From a virus: a stretch of 64,000 nt of DNA. The position numbers and the translations under genes were made by a program. The stretch is from the IMG/VR virus record IMGVR_UViG_3300024346_000009. One strand, written 5' to 3'. The first letter of the stretch is position 1; every line of letters begins with the position of its first letter. Shown one piece after another: positions 36,644 to 46,522 of the stretch. The notes below the pieces were generated by a model. That model saw only the letters and a program-made list of their open reading frames with translations, was not told the origin of the DNA and did no database searches.

Positions 36644-38776
36644 ATGTCTTTTTTACTTAAAGATATCTTCCATACATCGCTTGCGGAAACGGTATACGAA
36701 GATATTATAGCAGGTCGCTCGATCTACCATTACTTTATAGGTAGGACGTTGGTGTGGGGGGATGAGGTGACCCCAGAATCCCCTGAGTCTGCTGATAGTT
36801 ATGAATATGATACTCGTAACAGTATCTTAAGTATAAAGAAAATTAAATCTACAGATATCTCTTTGGTTGTACCACGTCGCGACTGGGTCACCGGGTCTAT
36901 ATACGATCAGTATGACGGTGAGTACTCAGCAGACTATCCTGCCACCTCTGGCGCAACCAGTATAAAGGCAGCAACATTTTATGTATTAAATTCAGCATTT
37001 AATGTTTATAAATGTTTAGACAACAACAATGGTGCTGCGTCTACATCAGAGCCTACCGGGACTGATTTTACTTCATCAACTTATGCCGATGGTTATATTT
37101 GGAAATATCTTTATACCATACCACTCTCGCTAAAGAATAGATTTCTTACATCTACATACATGCCAGTTCAAAAATCAATTCAAAACCAGTATTATTCCGG
37201 TGGTGAGGTTGATTTAGTTGTTGTTGATTCTCCTGGCACAGGATATCTTGGTAATGCTGCTGTAACACTGACCGTCAATGGTAGGTTTAACAGCGGCACA
37301 GGTAATATAACAGCCACATTAAGACCGGTGTTAAACGAGACAGGCCAATTTATAGATGTACTAGTTGATAATGCTGGAGGTAACTACAGTAATGCCTCTA
37401 TTGTGATTAATGATACCCGAGGCACTGGTACAAGCTACTACAAGGGATTGAGCAACGTTCTAATATCTAACGTTGGTGCTTCTTACTCAGCAGCTGCAAT
37501 CGCCAACACTGCTGTGTCCATGGTGACTACAGGAAGTAGTCAGCCAGGGTCAAATGCTAGAGTAACTCTAAATTTTAGCAACGCGTTTTTATCTGGTGTT
37601 ACGATCGTTAATAGGGGTAGTGGGTATAATACTGCAGTTATTGCTAATACAACTTTAAGTATAACAACTACTGGTAATTCACAACCAACTATAAACGCCC
37701 AGGTAACACCGTTCTTTACAAGTACAGCTGTTTTAACACCAGTTATATACAATAACCAAATTAGTAAAGTACTTATTGAAGACCAGGGTATTGATTACAG
37801 CGCAAACAACCAAACGTTTATAAATTTAATTGGAGATGGCACAGGTGCTGCTCTTACACCATTTGTAAATGCCGCAGGTCAAGTTGAAGATATAATTATT
37901 GAATCTAGAGGCAGTGGTTATACATACCTTGATGTTCAAATTGTAGGTGATGGTACAGGTGCTAACGCTTATGTTGATTTATCAACCGGGGATTTAAATA
38001 CTCAGCAAAGTACTGTAGAGTTGTCTGCAGTAGACGGAGCTATTCACGCTTTGAGAGTAACGGCTGCAGGTAATAATTACACCACAGCATCTATTTCCCT
38101 AACAGGAGATGGAAGTGGATTTGTGGGTACACCAGTTATCTATAATAATACTATAAGTTCAATTACTGTAACTAACCCAGGATCGGGGTACACATTTGCA
38201 GATGTTACCCTAACAGGTTCAGCAGGAAGCGGTAATGCTAATGTTACAGCTATTCTTTCACCTGCCGGGGGCCATGGGCTTAATCCTGTTAGAGAGTTAT
38301 TTGCTGATGCTATTATGTTGTTTTCAACTATTAATGATGAAAAAAATCAAGGCATTTCTATTGTAAATGATTACAGGCAGTTTGGTGTTATTAAAGATGT
38401 AACCCAATATTCTAATTCTAAGATATTTGCAAATATTACAGGTAGTTCAAGCTTTTTAATATCAGTTAATTCGGTTGGCTCTCTAGCTAGAGATACAGTT
38501 CTGCAACTAGCTAGTGATACATCTAGAGAATTTGATGTAATTGAAACTGTTACAACTACAAATCAAATTTTACTTAATTCTAAAAACAACTATATTCCAC
38601 AAGAAGATGATGTACTAAATGATGTTATTACTAATATTGACTACACTGTTGTATCAATAGATAGACACCCCACTATAAATAAGTTCAGTGGTGAGTTGCT
38701 GTACGTGGATAATAGAACAGCGGTAAGCTACAGTGATGAACAGCTTGTAAAGTTAAGAACAGTAATAAAATTATAA
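36644..38776 (+). CDS. Baseplate wedge protein gp8-like, with inserted repeat domains
   Basis: FYVLNSAFNVYKCLDNN, DGYIWKYLYTI, GGHG, DYRQFG, SGELLYVDNR; repeated GSGYT modules. Confidence 0.82.
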   Translation: MSFLLKDIFHTSLAETVYEDIIAGRSIYHYFIGRTLVWGDEVTPESPESADSYEYDTRNSILSIKKIKSTDISLVVPRRDWVTGSIYDQYDGEYSADYPATSGATSIKAATFYVLNSAFNVYKCLDNNNGAASTSEPTGTDFTSSTYADGYIWKYLYTIPLSLKNRFLTSTYMPVQKSIQNQYYSGGEVDLVVVDSPGTGYLGNAAVTLTVNGRFNSGTGNITATLRPVLNETGQFIDVLVDNAGGNYSNASIVINDTRGTGTSYYKGLSNVLISNVGASYSAAAIANTAVSMVTTGSSQPGSNARVTLNFSNAFLSGVTIVNRGSGYNTAVIANTTLSITTTGNSQPTINAQVTPFFTSTAVLTPVIYNNQISKVLIEDQGIDYSANNQTFINLIGDGTGAALTPFVNAAGQVEDIIIESRGSGYTYLDVQIVGDGTGANAYVDLSTGDLNTQQSTVELSAVDGAIHALRVTAAGNNYTTASISLTGDGSGFVGTPVIYNNTISSITVTNPGSGYTFADVTLTGSAGSGNANVTAILSPAGGHGLNPVRELFADAIMLFSTINDEKNQGISIVNDYRQFGVIKDVTQYSNSKIFANITGSSSFLISVNSVGSLARDTVLQLASDTSREFDVIETVTTTNQILLNSKNNYIPQEDDVLNDVITNIDYTVVSIDRHPTINKFSGELLYVDNRTAVSYSDEQLVKLRTVIKL

Positions 38777-38786
38777 TAGGTAAAAG

Positions 38787-41700
38787 ATGGCAATTAATTT
38801 CAATACCAGCCCGTACTACGATGATTTCGCTGAAAGCGATAACTTCCATCGTATATTATTTAAACCGGGCGCAGCTGTTCAAGCCAGAGAGCTAACACAA
38901 CTTCAGACAATTCTCCAAAATCAAATTGCTAGATTTGGTCAGAATATATTTAAAGAGGGATCGGTAGTTATTCCCGGCCAACAAATGTTTGATAAGTTTT
39001 ACAGCTACGTAAAACTAACCGATACATACAACACCACCAATTCGGATGAAATGATAGTTGATCTGGTTGGAGCCATTGTAACAGGTCAAACAACAGGTGT
39101 AACAGCACGGGTTGTAAATTACGCGGTTGCAACCACTACAGACCCATCCACCATTTACGTTAAGTACACGGGTTCAGGTACAGATAAAGAAACTGCAGTA
39201 TTTGCTAATGGAGAAGTTTTATCGTTTACATACGGAACTAATAGTACTACAACACTTCAAGCTGCAGCCTCTTCTGCTACCGGTAAGGGTGTTTCATTCG
39301 CTGTGGCGGCAGGTGTTATTTTTATTAAGGGTGCTTTTGTATACTTTGCAGATGAAACAATAATTATTTCCAAGTATAGTGACAGTCCCAGTCAATCTGT
39401 TGGCTTTTTAATTACAGAAGATATTATAACATCGGATGAAAGTGATGCATTACTAGATCCTGCTGTTGGCTCTTATAATTATTTTGCACCTGGCTCAGAC
39501 CGTTATCATATTGGGCTATCCCTTCAAGCAAGAACGTTTCCTGAAGCCAGTACAGCTGACAGCAACTATGTAGAGCTCTCGAGAATAGAAGATGGCGTAA
39601 CAATATATCAAAAACTAGTTTCAGAGTACAACGTCCTTGGTGATACTCTTGCTCGTAGAACATTTGATGAATCGGGTAATTATGTAGTTAAACAATATAA
39701 TCTTGAAAATATTGAACATTTAAGAACAACAACTACAGGTGTACGAGATGGTCTCTATTCTGCAAATGGTGGTGGTAACTCAAGTCTAATCGCCAGCGTT
39801 ATTTCTCCTGGAAAAGCATACGTGCTTGGGTATGAGTTAGAGAATATTAAAACCAAATATGTAGCCAGCACAAAAGCTAGAGACTTTGTTGAAGTTAATA
39901 ACAGTACCGTGTCTACCCTAATTGGTAATTACATAACACTTTCAAACCCATACTCCATCCCTGATCTAGCTACACTTGATACTGTTGACCTCTATAACCG
40001 ATATACGACTACATCAGGAAGCACCTCTGGTACAAAAGTAGGTACGGCGCGAATTCGTGCTATTGAATACATTTCTGGTACAAACTATACAGCCTACCTC
40101 TTTGATATTAATATGCTTACCGGCTATTCTTTTACTAAAGATGTTAAGCATGTATATTATAACAACGCCGGGTTCGTAGATTTTACATCCAACATCTCAC
40201 CAACTCTTGCCACCATTACTGGTACTGTTTCCACTACAAATGCTAGCAATATTATTACAGGTATTGGTACAAAGTTTAATACAGATCTAAGAGCTAATGA
40301 CTATGTAACTATCAATGGTAATGTTTCTATTATTAGTTACGTTGTGAGTGATACGACAGTTTATGCTGGTGCAAATTTGGTCGGCAATATTGCTGGAATT
40401 AGCGCATCAAAACATACTGCTGTTATAACAAATACTTCATTGGAGAATGATCCAACTTATTTGTTTGAATTCCCATTCTCTACAATTAAAACAGTTGACC
40501 CAACTAACGTTGAAACATCATTCCATACAAAGCGTATATATGATAGAACGTTAAGTGTAGGTAATGTATCTATAACAGCAGGAACAGATGAAGTGTTTGC
40601 TCCTTATGCAGCAACCAGCTACACTGTTGTAAATAAGACCGATGGATCATATATTGATCTTACAGGTAAGATTACTCGGTCAGGTTCCCCAACAGGTAAG
40701 ATCGCTTCATTTGCACTCGGTGGTGGGTTAGGTTCAAACGATGTACGAATTATTGCTACAGTAGCAAAGACAAACTCTGCTGCAGATAAGAAAACAAAGA
40801 CAATTGTACTAAGTTCTACTGTAGACTTTACAAGCAACATTACTGCAACTGCAACAGTGTTATCCCTTGGTCAAGCAGATATCTACGCTGTATCTAATAT
40901 AAAAATGTCATCTAATGCATTTGGTACAGCCTATCTTGAAACCAATGCAATAGATATCACCTCACGTTATACTATTGATAATGGTCAAAGAGCTTCACAT
41001 TACGCTGTTGGTAAGGCTGTACTAAAGCCTGGACAACCTACTCCAATTGGGCCTGTAAGAATTACCTTTGATTACTTTACCCACTCTAGCGGTGATTATT
41101 TCTCCGTTAACTCGTATAGTGATATTGATTATAAAGATATACCAACATTTACCTCGGGTGCTAAGACATACCAGCTAAGAGACTGTTTAGACTTTAGGCC
41201 TAGAATGGATACAAATGGGACAACGTTTACAAGTCCATCTGAATTCTTAGATCAAAGCGTCGATGTTCTTACCGACTATAGCTACTACTTACCTAGAACA
41301 GATAAAATTGTTTTAAATTCAGCTGGTGAAATCTCCTCTATACGAGGAGTTAGCTCCCTTACCCCTCAAGAGCCTGCAACACCTCAAAACTCAATAGCAC
41401 TATTCATCCTTGCGCAGAAGCCTTACGTGTTTGATGTGAAGAATGACATTAATGTAACGGTTGTGGATAACAGGCGTTATACGATGAAGGATATAGGTAG
41501 ACTTGAAAATCGAATTAAAACACTTGAATACTATACTACACTTTCATTGTTAGAAACAGACACATCCTTATATCAGGTTAAAGATACTCTTGGCTTTGAT
41601 AGATTCAAAAATGGATTTGTTGTCGATAACTTTACCGGTCATAAGGTTGGTAATGCACTAGATACAGACTATAAGATATCAATGGATTTTACCAATGGTG

Positions 41701-44700
41701 TTTTGCGACCACAGTTTGAACAAAGGAATTTTAGACTTAAAGAAATTTCTACTACAACCGGTCAAAGAACATCAAATAATTATGCTATTACAGGAAATAT
41801 TGCTACATTAAATTACTCAAGTAATATATTTGTTGAATGTAACGTTGCTTCTAGAGTAGAAAATATTAATCCTTTCAGTGTCGTTAGCTACACAGGCTCA
41901 ATTGTCTTAGATCCCCCATCAGATGTGTGGTTTGATACAACAAGAGTACCTGAAGTACATATTGATAAAGAGGGCAATTATAGCACATTACTTTCATCTG
42001 CTCAATCTTCTGGTCAATATGGTACCGTATGGGGATCATGGTTAACAAATTTTTATGGTGGATCGTATGTTGATGAAAGACAGGGGACTACATTTGATGT
42101 AAAGCAGTCCATTGATACTGTTACAAACAATGATGTACAGATCAGCCAGACAGTAATACCAAAGATGCGAAATGTAAGCATTAATTTTACTGGTACCGGA
42201 ATGAAGCCTAATACTAAGGTACAAGTTTATTTTGAAAATTATAAAGTAACAGACTTTACAACAGGTACAACTGTAACCGGTAACGTTGCTGCTCAGGCTA
42301 ATTCCTTCCTAGCAGGATACATTACTAACAAAGGTAATATCTTTACTGATGCTGCTGGTGTTGTAAACGGGACATTTGCTTATGATGCATCCCGCTTTAA
42401 CTTCTCTACTGGTGAAAAAATCTTTAGACTTACAGACTCACCTACAAATGGAAATGATAGTGAGACGGCAGCTGAAGCAAAATTCAGTACATCTGGTCAA
42501 CTGAAGACATTACAAAATCAGATTATTTCAACAAGAAATGGGTATACAACTGCTGAAGCAGTTTTTGATCGCCGTGCATCATCTTATGTTGAACCACCTG
42601 TAGCTGGTGGTGGTGGTGGTGGTAGTGGCGGAGGTGAAGAGGATGGTGGGGGTGATGACAATACAGAAGAAGAACAAGCAGCAACACCAACCCCAGGTCT
42701 TACGTATGCCGATATTATATACGGAGGAGCACTTGGTAAGATGCCTGATGAAAAAGGTACTGCTGCCTTTGTAAAGCAGGGTAATTTCTCAACCATTTCT
42801 ACCTCGTTAGCTGCACTTAGCGGTGCTGGTAAAACAATTTTAGCAAGTTTCATACAAGCAGATGGTAGGGGTATTGATGGTAAAAATATTATCGCGACTT
42901 GGGATGCAGTCTCTGCAACTATGACCCCAGACGATAAGACTGCAACGCTTGCTGCTTACAACGCTATCAAAACTGTTTGTGAAACAACAGTCGCTAATAA
43001 GGAAAATACATCTAAAGGATTAATTGCTGACTGGACCAATGTTGGTAGTACAACCGCACAAGCTATATCTTATACTGCTGCTCAACTTACGGTAGCATTG
43101 TTAGCTGACTCTGCAATTCCTGCAAAAACAGGTACAGGGGAAGCCTGGGGCCCAGTAGGGTCAGGAGATAGTATTGCCGAGATAGTTGCAGCAGTAAATG
43201 CAAACCCCGATCGTGCTACTGCAAAAATAGCTGTAACTTCTCCTGCAGGCCAAACTACTGCAAGGGATTGTTGGGCAAAGGATCCGCTGGCTCAAACATT
43301 CATTGTGTCTGGTAATCCTACGATTATGACAGGTGTTGACTTATTCTTTTATGCAAAAGATACCAGTGCACCAATGTATGTTGAATTGCGTACAGTTGTT
43401 AACGGATCACCATCTCAAGTAGTCGTTCCATTCTCAAGAAGAGTCGTTACACCAGCTGAAATTACCACTACTGAAGACGGTACTGTTGCAACCTATCTAG
43501 CTTTTGATGGCTTAGTTTATCTTGAGCCAGGCGAGTATGCGATAGTCCTTCTAACCAGTTCTATCAATTATAGAGTTTGGATTTCACAGGTAGGTGAGAC
43601 AGATATTAATACTGGTAGAGTAATTAACGATCAACCGTTTGTGGGTGTCTTATTTAAATCACAAAACGCATCATCGTGGGAAGCTAATCAGAGTCAAGAT
43701 CTTAAATTTAGACTATACAACGCTCAATTTACAAGTAATACTCCTGCTACTATTGACTTTGAAATTGATGCGGATGAATATCAGAATGCAGTCCTTGATA
43801 TTGACCCATTAGAATTTTACCCAACCAGTAGTGTTTTAAAAGTATACCACCCTAGCAATGGTTTTGTTAATGGGTCAACAGTTAAGATTCGTAATATAAA
43901 GGGAGATGGTTCCAAAATAGCGGTTGTAAACAGCGGTAATATTCGCGGTATTAACGTTGCCACAATTGATAATGTTGCGTTTACAGTGTCAAATGTTAAA
44001 CCTAACTCCTATACTATTATTATGCCAGCGGCCTCTACTAATACTACAATCGTAAGAGATGGGGGTACAGGGGTGGTCGCTCAACAGGACTTCCTATTTG
44101 ATGCTATATACCCTGCAATATCAGCTCTTGAATTTGCAAGTACCTCTTCAGTTCTCAGTATCAAGGGTGTTGATAAGGGGTACACACCTCAAACATCATT
44201 TACTCAACTTAGCGGTGCTGGTACTACAGAGTTACTTACTACAGCCTCTATCCCCAGTGCTGTGAATGTAACTAATAATCTATCTGGTGCAAGACCACTT
44301 ACATTGAGACTGACCTTGAATAACACTTCAGGTAGTCTATCTCCAATAGTTGATATGGAACAATTATCGGCAGTGTTTATTAAAAATCAAGTTAATAATC
44401 CTTCTTATTCTTCTGAAAATCTTACAGCAGATATTGTTACCGTTGCCAACAGTGCTGCAATATTTTTTACAAACGCCTCAACCACAACCGGTTATATCAG
44501 CATAGTATCAACAGCGGATAAAGCAAATGTTTCTGGCATTGTAAAGGGAACTACAATAACAGTGTCCAATACAACTGCTAATAGCGGGGTGTTTAGAGTA
44601 TTAGATGTAGTAGATGCAGGCGCAAATATTTTAGTTGCAGGTACTATTACAACAGCATCCGCTGGTAACGTAATTAGTATTACAAACGGCCGTAGTTTTA

Positions 44701-45065
44701 TTGCTGAAGAAGCTGCTACTGGTGGCACTGCTCTTGCCAAATACATAACCAAACAGGTTGATTTGGTTAATCCATCCACCTCGATTAACTTCAGATTAGA
44801 TGTTGCAAAACCTGCTAATGCTTACGTAAAAGTTTATTACAAGACAAAGCTTACTGGTGAATCCATTAATCTTAATACCAAAGAATACACTGAATTAACA
44901 GGTCTGGATATACCAGATTCTTTAAGTGGTGAATATACCGAAATTACAGGACAAGTTGATAGCTTGATTCCATTCTCCTCAGCCGTATTTAAAATTGTAT
45001 TACTATCTGATGACTCAGCGGATATTCCAAAGTGTAAGAACCTCAGAGTGATTATGTTAGCATGA
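38787..45065 (+). CDS. Large virion structural protein (VrlC/DUF4815-like)
   Basis: NTSPYYDDF, FKPG.AVQARELTQLQ, ARRTFDESGNY, RFKNGFVVDNF, DPLAQTF. Late promoter at 38674-38681. Confidence 0.8.
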   Translation: MAINFNTSPYYDDFAESDNFHRILFKPGAAVQARELTQLQTILQNQIARFGQNIFKEGSVVIPGQQMFDKFYSYVKLTDTYNTTNSDEMIVDLVGAIVTGQTTGVTARVVNYAVATTTDPSTIYVKYTGSGTDKETAVFANGEVLSFTYGTNSTTTLQAAASSATGKGVSFAVAAGVIFIKGAFVYFADETIIISKYSDSPSQSVGFLITEDIITSDESDALLDPAVGSYNYFAPGSDRYHIGLSLQARTFPEASTADSNYVELSRIEDGVTIYQKLVSEYNVLGDTLARRTFDESGNYVVKQYNLENIEHLRTTTTGVRDGLYSANGGGNSSLIASVISPGKAYVLGYELENIKTKYVASTKARDFVEVNNSTVSTLIGNYITLSNPYSIPDLATLDTVDLYNRYTTTSGSTSGTKVGTARIRAIEYISGTNYTAYLFDINMLTGYSFTKDVKHVYYNNAGFVDFTSNISPTLATITGTVSTTNASNIITGIGTKFNTDLRANDYVTINGNVSIISYVVSDTTVYAGANLVGNIAGISASKHTAVITNTSLENDPTYLFEFPFSTIKTVDPTNVETSFHTKRIYDRTLSVGNVSITAGTDEVFAPYAATSYTVVNKTDGSYIDLTGKITRSGSPTGKIASFALGGGLGSNDVRIIATVAKTNSAADKKTKTIVLSSTVDFTSNITATATVLSLGQADIYAVSNIKMSSNAFGTAYLETNAIDITSRYTIDNGQRASHYAVGKAVLKPGQPTPIGPVRITFDYFTHSSGDYFSVNSYSDIDYKDIPTFTSGAKTYQLRDCLDFRPRMDTNGTTFTSPSEFLDQSVDVLTDYSYYLPRTDKIVLNSAGEISSIRGVSSLTPQEPATPQNSIALFILAQKPYVFDVKNDINVTVVDNRRYTMKDIGRLENRIKTLEYYTTLSLLETDTSLYQVKDTLGFDRFKNGFVVDNFTGHKVGNALDTDYKISMDFTNGVLRPQFEQRNFRLKEISTTTGQRTSNNYAITGNIATLNYSSNIFVECNVASRVENINPFSVVSYTGSIVLDPPSDVWFDTTRVPEVHIDKEGNYSTLLSSAQSSGQYGTVWGSWLTNFYGGSYVDERQGTTFDVKQSIDTVTNNDVQISQTVIPKMRNVSINFTGTGMKPNTKVQVYFENYKVTDFTTGTTVTGNVAAQANSFLAGYITNKGNIFTDAAGVVNGTFAYDASRFNFSTGEKIFRLTDSPTNGNDSETAAEAKFSTSGQLKTLQNQIISTRNGYTTAEAVFDRRASSYVEPPVAGGGGGGSGGGEEDGGGDDNTEEEQAATPTPGLTYADIIYGGALGKMPDEKGTAAFVKQGNFSTISTSLAALSGAGKTILASFIQADGRGIDGKNIIATWDAVSATMTPDDKTATLAAYNAIKTVCETTVANKENTSKGLIADWTNVGSTTAQAISYTAAQLTVALLADSAIPAKTGTGEAWGPVGSGDSIAEIVAAVNANPDRATAKIAVTSPAGQTTARDCWAKDPLAQTFIVSGNPTIMTGVDLFFYAKDTSAPMYVELRTVVNGSPSQVVVPFSRRVVTPAEITTTEDGTVATYLAFDGLVYLEPGEYAIVLLTSSINYRVWISQVGETDINTGRVINDQPFVGVLFKSQNASSWEANQSQDLKFRLYNAQFTSNTPATIDFEIDADEYQNAVLDIDPLEFYPTSSVLKVYHPSNGFVNGSTVKIRNIKGDGSKIAVVNSGNIRGINVATIDNVAFTVSNVKPNSYTIIMPAASTNTTIVRDGGTGVVAQQDFLFDAIYPAISALEFASTSSVLSIKGVDKGYTPQTSFTQLSGAGTTELLTTASIPSAVNVTNNLSGARPLTLRLTLNNTSGSLSPIVDMEQLSAVFIKNQVNNPSYSSENLTADIVTVANSAAIFFTNASTTTGYISIVSTADKANVSGIVKGTTITVSNTTANSGVFRVLDVVDAGANILVAGTITTASAGNVISITNGRSFIAEEAATGGTALAKYITKQVDLVNPSTSINFRLDVAKPANAYVKVYYKTKLTGESINLNTKEYTELTGLDIPDSLSGEYTEITGQVDSLIPFSSAVFKIVLLSDDSADIPKCKNLRVIMLA

Positions 45066-45298
45066 AGTTAAAGGTTGAAGGCCACCCTGGGTTGGTGAGA
45101 GATTCTCACAGCAAGGCTATAATTATGCAAGATTCTGATAGTTTTAAAGCATATCAGGCTGAAAAACATTTTAGAGAGAATATGTCTCAGGTTAATACCA
45201 CAACACGAGAAGAGATAAATAATTTAAGAGAAGAGATGCATGAAATAAAAGAACTTCTTGGTTTACTATTTCATAAAATCGATCAAAAAAAGGTTTAA
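45062..45298 (+). CDS. Small conserved hypothetical protein
   Basis: KVEGHPGLVRD..SKAII plus a coiled coil. Confidence 0.75.
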   Translation: MKLKVEGHPGLVRDSHSKAIIMQDSDSFKAYQAEKHFRENMSQVNTTTREEINNLREEMHEIKELLGLLFHKIDQKKV

Positions 45299-45304
45299 AA
45301 ACAA

Positions 45305-45721
45305 ATGGCAGCTACATTAACACTTAGAGTCCCAACAGGGGTACCTCTTACCAATCACGAGGTTGATAATAACTTTACTGCCCTTAATACGTTTGGTAAT
45401 ACTATTAATAGTAACGTAGGGGTGATCTCCAACCTCACAACCACAGCCAATGGTAACATTGTTGTTGCAATTAACTCTATTAAAAGTGGTAATTTAAGCC
45501 AGTTTGGAACAACCACATCTGCACAACTTATTTCGATTATTACTGATGAAACTGGTACAGGTAATATTGTATTCAGTAATAGCCCAGTTCTGGTAACTCC
45601 TAATATCGGTACACCTAGTTATTTGGTATTAACTAATGCCACAGGGCTTCCTGTCGCCTCGGTGGTGGGTGGAGCATCAACAGGTAAGGCTATTGCGATG
45701 GCAATGGTATTCGGTGGATAA
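45305..45721 (+). CDS. Short fibre/structural protein
   Basis: PLTNHEVDNNF, DETGTGNIVFS repeat, C-terminal GKAIAMAMVFGG. Confidence 0.7.
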   Translation: MAATLTLRVPTGVPLTNHEVDNNFTALNTFGNTINSNVGVISNLTTTANGNIVVAINSIKSGNLSQFGTTTSAQLISIITDETGTGNIVFSNSPVLVTPNIGTPSYLVLTNATGLPVASVVGGASTGKAIAMAMVFGG

Positions 45722-45752
45722 ATATACAACTAATGTCATCAAGGAAAATTAA

Positions 45753-46124
45753 ATGACCGCTCCCAATATCGTTAACGTAGCAAATATTACTGCCAAGCAC
45801 CAGCTTAGCTCCCTCACCACCACTGCTGCTACAAGTATCATAAGTAATGCCTCCGGCTCCAGTAAGGTATTAAAAGTTAATAACCTGGTTATTGCAAATA
45901 ATTCAGCATCTACTGCTACCGTAACAGTATCAGTTAATGATGTTGCAGCAGGTGGCGGTAATGCATTCCATCTAATATATCAAGTAGGTATTGCACCGAA
46001 CACCTCACTTGCTGTTATAGATAAATCGGTTGCAATCTATCTTGAAGAAGATAAAAGTTTAGTTGCAACCGCTGGTACTGCAAGTGTACTAAAAATTAAT
46101 GCTTCGTACGAAGAATTGAGTTAA
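45753..46124 (+). CDS. Small beta-rich virion protein
   Basis: MTAPNIVNV...IYLEED...SYEELS. Confidence 0.65.
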   Translation: MTAPNIVNVANITAKHQLSSLTTTAATSIISNASGSSKVLKVNNLVIANNSASTATVTVSVNDVAAGGGNAFHLIYQVGIAPNTSLAVIDKSVAIYLEEDKSLVATAGTASVLKINASYEELS

Positions 46125-46128
46125 TATC

Positions 46129-46509
46129 ATGGCAAGAGTCATTGGTAACAGTACCCTTCCCCACTTAAGGGAGCAAGTGCAGGCGGTAGCTGCAAGCACC
46201 GCCACTACAAGTATTAATCTCAGTACAGGTGGAAATCCGAGTATATTTAAAGTAACCCTTTCGTCAAATACAACTATTACCTTTACTAACCCACCGGTAC
46301 TTACATCATCCACCGACTCCTTCTCCTGGACAATGATGGTTGTAAATGATGCAACCGCTGGTAGGACACTTGCGTTTGGTAACACAATAAAGTGGGCAGG
46401 TGGTATTGTACCTTCTAGAACCACAACTGGCAATGCTATAGATATATGGACTTTTTTCTACGAAAATTCTGTATATTACGGTTCACTATCAATTATAAAT
46501 GCTAATTAA
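46129..46509 (+). CDS. Tail-fibre-associated beta-domain protein
   Basis: TITFTNPP, IKWAGG..P..T...IDIWTF fibre-domain pattern. Confidence 0.65.
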   Translation: MARVIGNSTLPHLREQVQAVAASTATTSINLSTGGNPSIFKVTLSSNTTITFTNPPVLTSSTDSFSWTMMVVNDATAGRTLAFGNTIKWAGGIVPSRTTTGNAIDIWTFFYENSVYYGSLSIINAN

Positions 46510-46522
46510 ATAGGTTTTTATA

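Noticed and set aside
42606-42652. GGT microsatellite as a phase-variation tract
   Set aside because: Triplet repeat encoding a Gly linker; slippage would not change the frame.
45284-45298. In-frame A AAA AAG near the stop of ORF 45062
   Set aside because: The -1 frame closes after about 11 codons, does not join the next ORF, there is no gap to explain, and I see no clear stem.
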